NCBI GenBank assembly: GCA_913064925.1
Contig: CAJYBN010000001.1
Coordinates: 1-38,551, forward strand
Direction: 5' to 3'
DNA: 38,551 nt
Source: an uncultured Peptococcaceae bacterium
Lineage (GTDB): Bacteria > Bacillota > Desulfotomaculia > Desulfotomaculales > Desulfallaceae
The notes under the pieces are model-generated. The model saw only the letters and a program-made list of their open reading frames with translations, was not told the origin of the DNA and made no database searches. A program made the position numbers and the translations under genes. Below are positions 27,914 to 35,300 of the stretch, piece after piece. The stretch's first letter is position 1; each line of letters opens with the position of its first letter.

Positions 27914-29638
27914 GTGATGTTTTTTATGCCCACCAGCAGCGACTTACAGCGTAAACTGGCCGGCATAGACCGTAAAGGATACGGGGCTTACAAGTCCATA
28001 ACAGGCACCTATCAGTATGATTTTTTTACCTTGTATATTGACCATGTGCAAAGCGATCCCTTTGCACCCCCCAGTCGTATGCGGGTCAGGGTGAGCCAGC
28101 GCGTGGCTGCATTCCCGGCCGGGCTTTACCGGACTCGGCCCGGCAGGGTGGCGCTGGAGGACTTTTTAACCCGGCAGTTTGCCGCCGAGGCCCGAAAGTA
28201 TTCAGAAAAAAGGGGGACCGGCAAAAGCGGAGTCATAGCCATCGATCGCTGCGGTCAGGAAGTGCTGGAGCGTACTTCCATGGTAGTTAACAGCCAGTAC
28301 GTGGAAGCGCGTTTTACGGTGGGCCTGCCGGCGCGCGGCAGAACGGTAATGGCCGGCGAGGCCGTGGATATTTTGCTGCACCACCTTCCGGCCATAGTAA
28401 AGCATTCCTTGCTGTACGCCAGCTTGAACGCTGAAAAGCTGACCGAGCACGTGCAGCTGGCCGAGGACCAGGAAGACCTGCGCCGGCAGCTGGCAGAACT
28501 GGGGCTGGTGGCTTTTGTGGCCGACGGTTCCGTGCTTCCCCGGGAGAGCGGCATCAGCGATTTACCCCTGCGGGGGCCCAACGTGATCGCCTTTCGTTCT
28601 CCCCCCGAGTATTCGGTTACCGTAACATTGCCGCACAGGGGCAAGGTTACCGGTATGGGTATACCCCGGGGCGTCACTCTAATCGTCGGTGGAGGGTATC
28701 ACGGCAAATCCACTCTGCTGCGGGCCATTGAGCGGGGCGTATACAACCACGTTCCCGGCGACGGCCGGGAGCTGGTAATAACCGTAGCCGACGCCGTAAA
28801 GATCAGGGCCGAGGACGGGCGCAGCGTGTCGGGGGTGGACATAAGCGGGTTTATCAACAACCTGCCCTTTGGACAGGACACTACGAATTTTTCCACCAGC
28901 AACGCCAGCGGTAGCACTTCACAGGCCGCCAACATCGTGGAAGCGCTGGAAACGGGCACCCGGCTGCTGCTGTTGGATGAGGATACCAGTGCCACCAATT
29001 TTATGATCAGAGACGGCAGGATGCAGCGGCTGGTAGCCAGGGAAGCGGAACCCATCACCCCTTTCATCGACCGGGTGAGGGACCTGCTGGACAACTTTGA
29101 CACTTCTACCATCCTAGTGGTAGGAGGCTCGGGCGATTATTTCGAGGTGGCCGACAGGGTAATTATGATGCACAATTACCTGCCCCGGGACGTTACCGCC
29201 CGGGCACGGGAAATTGCCGCCGCTGCCGGGGGCGAGCGGAAGCGGGAAGTGGAGGCGCCGCTGAACAGGGTGCGGGAACGGATACCCCTGCCCCAAAGCT
29301 TGCAGTGGCAAAGTAGGGATAAAATCAAGGCCAGGGGGTTGGATGACATTCAACTGGGCCGGGAAAACGTCGATTTGCAGCACGTGGAACAGCTGGTGGA
29401 CAACAGCCAGACGGCTGCGCTGGCGGCTATCATTAAATACGCCACAGCAAAATATGTCGATGGTAAAGCTACCCTCATGCAGGTGGTACAGGCGGTGCTG
29501 CGGGACATCCAGAGAGAGGGGCTGGATATCATATCCCCCTTTCGCGGGCAGCACCCGGGGGACTTTGCCTTGCCCCGCAAGTACGAGATTGCGGCAGCCT
29601 TTAACAGGTACCGCGGCCTGAGGGTTAAACAAAAATAA
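27914..29638 (+). CDS. ABC_ATPase-family protein ('predicted ATPase of the ABC class', MRB1590-like), function unknown
   Basis: 574 aa. Walker A GGGYHGKST (28688-28714), Walker B LLLLDE (28964-28981), signature-like ASGSTSQ. No TM domain and no partner permease. The start may be GTG 27914 or one of the two ATGs in the next 15 nt. Confidence 0.7.
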   Translation: MMFFMPTSSDLQRKLAGIDRKGYGAYKSITGTYQYDFFTLYIDHVQSDPFAPPSRMRVRVSQRVAAFPAGLYRTRPGRVALEDFLTRQFAAEARKYSEKRGTGKSGVIAIDRCGQEVLERTSMVVNSQYVEARFTVGLPARGRTVMAGEAVDILLHHLPAIVKHSLLYASLNAEKLTEHVQLAEDQEDLRRQLAELGLVAFVADGSVLPRESGISDLPLRGPNVIAFRSPPEYSVTVTLPHRGKVTGMGIPRGVTLIVGGGYHGKSTLLRAIERGVYNHVPGDGRELVITVADAVKIRAEDGRSVSGVDISGFINNLPFGQDTTNFSTSNASGSTSQAANIVEALETGTRLLLLDEDTSATNFMIRDGRMQRLVAREAEPITPFIDRVRDLLDNFDTSTILVVGGSGDYFEVADRVIMMHNYLPRDVTARAREIAAAAGGERKREVEAPLNRVRERIPLPQSLQWQSRDKIKARGLDDIQLGRENVDLQHVEQLVDNSQTAALAAIIKYATAKYVDGKATLMQVVQAVLRDIQREGLDIISPFRGQHPGDFALPRKYEIAAAFNRYRGLRVKQK

Positions 29639-29646
29639 AGCGGCGG

Positions 29647-29662
29647 CCGGGTAATTACCCGG
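29647..29662. promoter_or_regulatory. Perfect 16-bp palindrome CCGGGTAATTACCCGG (candidate operator)
   Basis: Located in the 51-bp gap upstream of the CBS/ACT gene. The core GT-AATT-AC resembles GntR-type half-site symmetry. It could also be a simple hairpin. Confidence 0.3.
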
Positions 29663-29689
29663 GCGATTCGCCGAAAGGAGAGTGCGACC

Positions 29690-30322
29690 GTGTTTGTCAA
29701 GGATTTCATGAGCGCTTCCCCCATTACCATCAACGCTGACACGCCCATACTGGAAGCACTGAACATTATGCGCAAAAGGAAGGTGCACCAGCTGCCGGTC
29801 ATGGACCATGGGAAACTGGTGGGGCTGGTCACCGAGCGGGAACTATTGAAAGTTTCGCCGTCGCCTGCCACCACGCTCAGCGTTTTCGAAATGAACTACT
29901 TGTTGTCCAAAATGACCGTCAGGGAAGTGCTGGTAAAAGACCCCATCACCGTGGAACCGTCCTGTACCATTGAGGAAGCGGCTCTGCAAATGCGCCAGCA
30001 CCATGTCCGTTCTCTGCTGGTGGTGGATGGTGAGAAGCTGCAAGGTATTATTACCCAAACCGACGTTTTTGACGCGCTTATCCGCATATTCGGCTTACAC
30101 AGGGCCGGAGTAAGGCTGGTCCTGGAAATGGAAAACAAGGTTGGCGCCCTGGCGGATTTACTAGCCATTGTAAAAAAACATGGGTTGAACGTCATCGGAG
30201 TGGCCTGCCGCGAAATGGAAGACCAAAAAGTTCACGTCATGCTTAGGTTGGGCGCCTCGGTCGTTGACGAGCTGCTGGATGATCTTGCCGCTAATGGGAT
30301 TCGTATTCTTTATAATAGTTAA
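29690..30322 (+). CDS. CBS-pair + ACT domain protein (AcuB-like)
   Basis: Two CBS repeats (HQLPVMDHGKLVGLVTEREL; RSLLVVDGEKLQGIITQTDV), then an ACT-like C-terminus. GTG start after AAAGGAGAG. Confidence 0.75.
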   Translation: MFVKDFMSASPITINADTPILEALNIMRKRKVHQLPVMDHGKLVGLVTERELLKVSPSPATTLSVFEMNYLLSKMTVREVLVKDPITVEPSCTIEEAALQMRQHHVRSLLVVDGEKLQGIITQTDVFDALIRIFGLHRAGVRLVLEMENKVGALADLLAIVKKHGLNVIGVACREMEDQKVHVMLRLGASVVDELLDDLAANGIRILYNS

Positions 30323-30406
30323 AAGAAATAATAGTTAAGAAATAACCCCTGCGGGAACCGGAAACACGCTTTGCTATGGCCATACAAGGAGGAACAGGAA
30401 GGCTTG

Positions 30407-31063
30407 ATGCAGGAAAGTCAACCCCAAGTCAACTTGGCCAGATATATCACCATTGCCGTGGATATAGCCACCCGCATAGTACGCGGCGAGTATAGAATCG
30501 GGCAAAAGCTTTTCGGCAGATCCACTCTGGCCGGCAAGTACAACGTTTCGCCGGAAACCATCAGGCGCGCTCTAACGCTGCTGCAGGAGCGGGGTATCGT
30601 GGAAGTCATGCCCGGCGTGGGCGTGGTGGTAAAATCCGACCGCGCGGCTCACGAATACCTGGCGGATTATAACCAAAAAAAAGTGTTGTTTGACATCCAG
30701 GAGCGGCTGACGGAGCTGCTTAAGCAAAGGGAGAAGTTAAATTATGAAATAGACCGCCTTACCAACCAGTTGTTGGATTACACCTTTAAAATGGCGGGAA
30801 GGCTGCAAAAGCTGGAAGAGATAAGCGTACCTGCTAATTCGCCGCTGCTGGGCAAGTCGCTGGCCGAGGTGGGTTTCCGGGCCCGTACCGGCGCCACTGT
30901 TTTGTCCATCTACCGCCAGGGGCAAGAAATTTTGTCCCCGGAAGCCAATACCAGCCTACAGGCGGGGGACGTACTGCTGGTTGTCGGAACCAATGAGTCG
31001 GCCAAAATGGTGCAGCAGCTGGTCGAAGGGGGCATCATTTCAGGCGATGTAACGGAACATTAA
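30407..31063 (+). CDS. GntR-family transcriptional regulator with C-terminal TrkA_C (RCK_C) ligand-binding domain
   Basis: wHTH STLAGKYNVSPETIRRALTLLQERGIVEVMPGVGVVV. A coiled linker. TrkA_C-like GKSLAEVGFRARTGATVLSIYRQGQEILSPEANTSLQAGDVLLVVG. Confidence 0.75.
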   Translation: MQESQPQVNLARYITIAVDIATRIVRGEYRIGQKLFGRSTLAGKYNVSPETIRRALTLLQERGIVEVMPGVGVVVKSDRAAHEYLADYNQKKVLFDIQERLTELLKQREKLNYEIDRLTNQLLDYTFKMAGRLQKLEEISVPANSPLLGKSLAEVGFRARTGATVLSIYRQGQEILSPEANTSLQAGDVLLVVGTNESAKMVQQLVEGGIISGDVTEH

Positions 31064-31095
31064 AAAGCCTTGACGTGCAAGCGCAAGGCTTTTTT
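31062..31095 (+). terminator. Rho-independent terminator closing the cheW...gntR gene string
   Basis: Arms AAAAAGCCTTG (31062-31072) / CAAGGCTTTTT (31084-31094), 11-nt loop, T-run. Confidence 0.8.
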
Positions 31096-31201
31096 AATGT
31101 ATGCCGGGCTTGTGTTTATTATTGAGTTTATTTATCATTTAGAGATTATTTTTTGCATTCCGGTTGTAATGTGTTTCTGGTACTACGCTGCGCAACAGGC
31201 C

Positions 31202-31462
31202 ATGAATGAAATCAAGTGGTTCAAAAAGTGGAAAAAAGTGTTTAAAGGCGTTTCTTCCAGGCTGTTGCGAAAAGAATTTCCGGAGTTGAAAAAGGAGCTG
31301 TGGGGCAATAGCTTCTGGAGTTCCAGCTACTTCATCGCTTCCACCGGCCAGGTAAGTTTGGAAACGCTAAAACGCTACGTGGAGGAACAAAGCCATGAAA
31401 GGCCGTCCAAAATCAAAAAAGAAAGTGCAATAGGTCAAAAAGAAGGAATTCACCGGCAATGA
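31202..31462 (+). pseudogene. tnpA: IS200/IS605 Y1 transposase TnpA, C-terminal fragment only (HUH half deleted)
   Basis: FKGVSSRLLRKEFPELKKELWGNSFWSSSYFIASTGQVSLETLKRYVEEQ aligns by eye with the C-terminal third of IS608-type TnpA, including the catalytic-Tyr helix. No HUH motif is present. The 5' boundary is approximate. Confidence 0.7.
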
Positions 31463-31475
31463 GCAGTACAAAAGC

Positions 31476-33056
31476 GTGGTAATCACTACGCCCAAAAAAG
31501 CACTCAATAAGGTAAAGCTGGACGAGCTTTATAAAGTTGATACACTCCACGCTCAGGCCGTCAACGCCTGGATTGACAAATGGTACGACCATTTAGAGAT
31601 GGTGGAAAAAATTTTATCCGGCAGGGCCACCACCACGATGCAGAAACAGACCATCGACATCGGCCTGCCTTCTGCTTATATCCAGATCGCCGGCAACCGG
31701 ATGCTGGACATCCTTCGAGAGCACTACCTGGCCGTCCAGGATAAGATAGCTTCGGATGTCTGGAAGGAAGAAAAACTGTCCGCGGAATACAAATTCGTCT
31801 ATGCTACCTTCGCCCGGAATTACGTCATGTTTTCCCGGTTTATAAGCGGGAATTTTGCTGTAGACGACGTGGTTGATTCCTGGGCTGTCGGCGAAAACGC
31901 GTACCTGCAAAAAGCTACCGAGTGCTACAAAAAGCTTTCCGATCAAGAAAAAGCCCAAATACCTGCCAAAATTAAAGAAAAGTTTTCTGAAATCAGGTCC
32001 GTTTGGAAGAAGCCTTTCTTTAAAGGCGGCAGCATTCTTCTTGACTACCGGGTGTTTTCCGTAAGCGAGGCGGAAGAAACGACAGAGTTCAACCTCTGGG
32101 TGGAAATTACCTCTACTGAGCCGTACAAGCGCGTAAAGATACCGTTCTATGTAACCGGCAAAAAACTTGACATGCTGGAAACCCTTTTCCCTGGCTGGCA
32201 GAACACCAGCCGGCGCAAGGGGTTATTGGTCATCAGGGAAAGGCACGTTCACCTCTCCATCCCCGCAGAGAAGGAAAAAACCGAACCCGTGTCCCCCTTA
32301 GCTTACGTCGGCTGCGACGTAGGTATAAGCTCTCCCATCAGCCTGCACAACGGTAGCCGGTTCGGGAGAAACCTCAACGAGCTGGTCAATGAAGACTACG
32401 ACGAGTATTTGCGCCTGCAGGCGATTAGGAACAAGTTTCGCAGCCTCAAAGAAAAAGCAGAGAAGCGGTACGAAATCACCAAAGACCTCGTGGTCCGGGA
32501 AAAACTCCAGCGCAAGATAGCCGAGTACGAGCGCCACCTCTCCGACCACCGGTGGGCAGAACTTAGAAGGAAAATTAAGGCCACCGTAAAAACCGAAATC
32601 GGCCGGGCGGTGAACCTCATGCTCGAAGAACTTCCCCTTTCGAACCACGTGGTCATCGTTCTGGAAGACCTTTCCGAAATGGACGCCAGTGGAGCAAGAC
32701 GCTCCAAAAGAGGGTGCTTTGACCTCTCCGTCTGGGCCAGGAGGGAACTCCAGGACCACATCAAGCACGACCTGGAGTGGCGGGGCGGCAAGGCTATCTA
32801 CGTCGTCCCAGACTATACTAGCCAGAAGTGTTACGAGTGCGATTACGTGGACAAAGACAACCGGCGTGGGGATGTTTTCCACTGCAAAAGGTGCGGCTAC
32901 ACCGACCATGCCGACGTGAACGCTGCTAAAAACATCAAAGAACGTTTCTTTGATGAGGAAATCAATCAACTGGCCAAAAAATATTCTTGGAACAAAAATT
33001 TGCGCCGCGAAAAGATAAAGGAACTGCTCTTGCAAAGAGCAAACCAGGCGGCGTAA
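31476..33056 (+). CDS. tnpB: TnpB / Cas12-like RuvC nuclease (IS605 OrfB family), 526 aa, intact
   Basis: RuvC-I D281 (AYVGCDVGISS), RuvC-II E397 (VIVLEDLSE), zinc ribbon CYEC...CKRC, RuvC-III D480 (HADVNAAKNI). GTG start has no clear RBS. Upstream in-frame stop at 31431-31433. Confidence 0.8.
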   Translation: MVITTPKKALNKVKLDELYKVDTLHAQAVNAWIDKWYDHLEMVEKILSGRATTTMQKQTIDIGLPSAYIQIAGNRMLDILREHYLAVQDKIASDVWKEEKLSAEYKFVYATFARNYVMFSRFISGNFAVDDVVDSWAVGENAYLQKATECYKKLSDQEKAQIPAKIKEKFSEIRSVWKKPFFKGGSILLDYRVFSVSEAEETTEFNLWVEITSTEPYKRVKIPFYVTGKKLDMLETLFPGWQNTSRRKGLLVIRERHVHLSIPAEKEKTEPVSPLAYVGCDVGISSPISLHNGSRFGRNLNELVNEDYDEYLRLQAIRNKFRSLKEKAEKRYEITKDLVVREKLQRKIAEYERHLSDHRWAELRRKIKATVKTEIGRAVNLMLEELPLSNHVVIVLEDLSEMDASGARRSKRGCFDLSVWARRELQDHIKHDLEWRGGKAIYVVPDYTSQKCYECDYVDKDNRRGDVFHCKRCGYTDHADVNAAKNIKERFFDEEINQLAKKYSWNKNLRREKIKELLLQRANQAA

Positions 33057-33197
33057 CTCAGGTACGTATGAAGCCGTAAGGTTCGCCTCCAGCCGGGATG
33101 AAAGAAATGGACCGTAGCGGAGGCGCCCTGGAATGAGGAACGCGGGCGGAAGGTTTTTAAAACCGGAAGCCCCTTCCTTCAGGAAGGGGAGGCTTCA
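33057..33197 (+). ncRNA. Candidate omega-RNA (reRNA) scaffold 3' portion / IS right end
   Basis: Non-coding tail with hairpins 33084-33090/33119-33125 and 33166-33177/33182-33196. Its position relative to tnpB matches known TnpB guide-RNA loci. The scaffold probably starts inside the tnpB 3' end. Confidence 0.35.
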
Positions 33198-34196
33198 CCC
33201 GGCTGCACCACCGTGCTGTACGAGGGGACGCCAGACTACCCGCGCAAAGACATGTGGTGGGACGTGGTCTCCCGCAACAAAGCCACGGCACTGTGGCTGT
33301 CTCCCACCGGCGTGCGCGGCTTGATGCGTCTGGGCATTGAGGAGGCTCGCAAGCATGACTTGAGCTCCGTAGAGAGGATTTTCTGCGCCGGTGAAGTTTT
33401 AAACCCGCCGGTCTGGTCCTGGCTGCAGGAGCAGGTTTTTGAAAATAAAATACCGGTAATGGATCACATGTGGCAAACAGAAACCTCGGGCCCCATTTTC
33501 GCCAATCCGTACGGCCTGGGCATGATACCCATCAAGCCCGGTTCGGCGCATGTCCCGGTGCCCGGCGTGGTGGCCGAGGTGCTGGACGAAAAGGACGGCA
33601 AACCCGTACCGCCCGGAGGTAAGGGGGTAGTGGTCATCAAAAAACCGTTTCCGGGGCTGGTTTCCACCCTTTGGGGCGATCCCGAAGGTTACCTGTACAA
33701 TTACTGGGAGCGCCTGCCCGTTACCAAGGGCATGTACTTGTGCGGCGACGCTGCCTCCTTTGATGAAGACGGCTATATATGGTTTGCCGGGCGGTCCGAC
33801 GAGGTGATCAAAATCGCTGCCCACCGCATCGGTACTGTGGAAGTGGAAAGCGCTTTAATTTCGCACCCCGCCGTGGTGGAGGCCGGGGTTTCCGGCGTGC
33901 CCGACGAATTGCGGGGCGAGGTGGCCTGTGCCTTCGTAGTGCTGAAGCAGGGGTACGAGCCTTCGGAAGAAATGAAGCAAGAGCTTATCGCCCACGTGCG
34001 CAAAACCATGGGCGCCATCGTGGTTATGCGGGATATTCAGTTTGTCAGTTCGTTACCGAAAACCCGCAGCGGTAAAATCATGCGGCGGGTCATGAAGACC
34101 CTTTGGCTGGGCAAAGAATTGGGCGACCTGTCCACCATTGAGGAAGAGGTTTCCATTGGAGAGATTTATGACGCCATCAAGAGAATGAAAGGGTAA
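33198..34196 (+). pseudogene. acs: Acetyl-CoA synthetase / AMP-forming acyl-CoA synthetase, 3' fragment (N-terminal ~half missing)
   Basis: ...CTTVLYEGTPDYP, WQTETSG, YLCGDAASFDEDGYIWFAGRSDEVIKIAAHRIG and LPKTRSGKIMRR match the C-terminal half of Acs. The P-loop/AMP-binding N-terminal part is not in the window. The frame is still open for 327 codons. Confidence 0.8.
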
Positions 34197-34224
34197 TGCT
34201 TTTCGGGGGTGCCCCGTGCAGCGG

Positions 34225-34350
34225 TTTGCTGCCAAAAAATGGGTTGATGTGGTTATGGGCGACGGCCGCATTATCGAGGAAGGGGAACCGGAAACAATAT
34301 ATTCCAACCCGCAGCAGGACCATACACGGGAGTTTTTAGACAGGTACTGA
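34225..34350 (+). pseudogene. Remnant (last ~40 codons) of an amino-acid-type ABC transporter ATP-binding protein
   Basis: FAAKKWVDVVMGDGRIIEEGEPETIYSNPQQDHTREFLDRY* resembles the extreme C-terminus of GlnQ/ArtP-type ATPases (ADRVVFMDxGxIVEEGxPxxIFxNPxxxRTxxFL). Nothing upstream matches the rest of such a protein. Confidence 0.6.
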
Positions 34351-34387
34351 GCTGAACCGGATAAAAAGAAATACTGCGGGACATGCT

Positions 34388-34420
34388 AAAAAAGCCGCCG
34401 GGCTTATACGGTGGCTTTTT
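34388..34420 (+). terminator. Rho-independent terminator after the ABC ATPase remnant
   Basis: Arms AAAAAAGCCGCC / GGTGGCTTTTT (one G-U pair), 10-nt loop, T-run 34416-34420. Confidence 0.7.
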
Positions 34421-34512
34421 ATTATTGCTTACCGCGCGCTGCCGGTTCACGCAGGGGGCCGGGCGATTTCGGGCGACCGCTGCACCGTGCACGGCTGTGG
34501 GAGGTGAATGCC

Positions 34513-35220
34513 ATGACGAATTGCAACCAACAAGACAACCGGCAGCTAAAAGCTCTGGCAACGTTGTTCAGCCGCAGTGTCCTGCGCAAGATATTTCGTC
34601 TTTTAAAAAAAGTGGTTTTATGCCTGGTCATCATTTTCAGCCCGTTTATTGTGTGGGTGATATTATCCCTGAACAGGGAATTGATCGTTGTCTTGGCTAA
34701 CTGGGACTGGCTTTCCGGCGCCTTTCCCCGGCTTTTTGTGGCCCTGGGGGAACACGTTAACACGTCAGAATTCGCCAGGGGTTTTAACGAGGCCGCTTTG
34801 GGTGGTCTTCTAACCCTATTCGGCGTTATTGTTACGGTATGGTATTACCAGATGGTGAGGGTGCAGGAAGTTACCGAAAAACGGCTTTTTGTCATTGACG
34901 AACTGCTGGAAGAACTGAAAAAAAACAGGGCCGTCGTAGAAAGCATTACCGGGGGCAAATACCAAAAGCAATCGCCCGTCGACAATTCTCCGGGGAAAAG
35001 CATAATATTCGTGACGGAAGCCTGGCACAAGCTGGGCGGGGACGTGGCCCTGCTGCCCAGGCGACTGCACTTGCGCTTGAGCGTGTTGTACGGCTGCCTG
35101 AACCGGTGCAGCGAAGTGGAAGATTACTGGAAAAACAAGGCCACCATAGACCGCATGGCGGGAATTATCTCCGACCTGCACAAATACCGGTGTACTTTGA
35201 GCAAATGGGAAATTACCTGA
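34513..35220 (+). CDS. Hypothetical membrane protein (2 predicted TM helices + ~120-aa soluble C-terminal domain)
   Basis: ATG 34513 is preceded by GGGAGGTG. Hydrophobic stretches VVLCLVIIFSPFIVWVILSL and AALGGLLTLFGVIVTVWYY. No motif I recognise. Looks more AT-rich than the core genes by eye. Confidence 0.55.
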   Translation: MTNCNQQDNRQLKALATLFSRSVLRKIFRLLKKVVLCLVIIFSPFIVWVILSLNRELIVVLANWDWLSGAFPRLFVALGEHVNTSEFARGFNEAALGGLLTLFGVIVTVWYYQMVRVQEVTEKRLFVIDELLEELKKNRAVVESITGGKYQKQSPVDNSPGKSIIFVTEAWHKLGGDVALLPRRLHLRLSVLYGCLNRCSEVEDYWKNKATIDRMAGIISDLHKYRCTLSKWEIT

Positions 35221-35255
35221 TTACCGCGGCCGTCAGGGAGTTTTGGTAAACGCGT

Positions 35256-35290
35256 AAAAGAGGCGACTTTGCATGAAAGCCGCCTCTTTT
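35256..35290. terminator. Bidirectional terminator between the 34513-35220 gene and opuAC
   Basis: Arms AAAAGAGGCG (35256-35265) / CGCCTCTTTT (35281-35290), 15-nt loop, with A/T runs on both sides. Confidence 0.75.
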
Positions 35291-35300
35291 GTTGGAAGCA

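Larger units (their letters stand above)
31202..33197 (+). mobile_element. Left-truncated IS200/IS605-family element (tnpA remnant + tnpB + right end)
   Basis: tnpA and tnpB have the same orientation. The right boundary is inferred where acs homology starts (~33198), just after a subterminal hairpin. The left end and tnpA 5' half are absent. Confidence 0.6.

Noticed and set aside
30312-30338. 11-bp direct repeat ATAATAGTTAA (30312-30322 and 30328-30338) at the CBS/ACT gene stop
   Set aside because: It is a tiny AT-rich duplication of the gene's last codons. No associated inverted repeats or mobile-element genes are present, so it is most simply replication slippage.
31070-31201. N-terminal 44 codons of the tracked ORF 31070-31462
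   Set aside because: This part overlaps the gntR terminator hairpin and an AT-rich spacer and gives a hydrophobic nonsense peptide. Only the portion from about 31202 resembles TnpA, so the ORF is a fortuitous extension of a gene fragment.
32298-33035. 245-aa minus-strand ORF inside tnpB
   Set aside because: It is antisense to a gene with a complete RuvC/zinc-ribbon motif set. There is no RBS and no recognisable domain.
33133-33324. 63-aa ORF spanning the IS right end and the acs junction
   Set aside because: It is out of frame with acs, Arg/Pro/Cys-rich, and has no initiation signal. It overlaps the hairpins interpreted as the right end.
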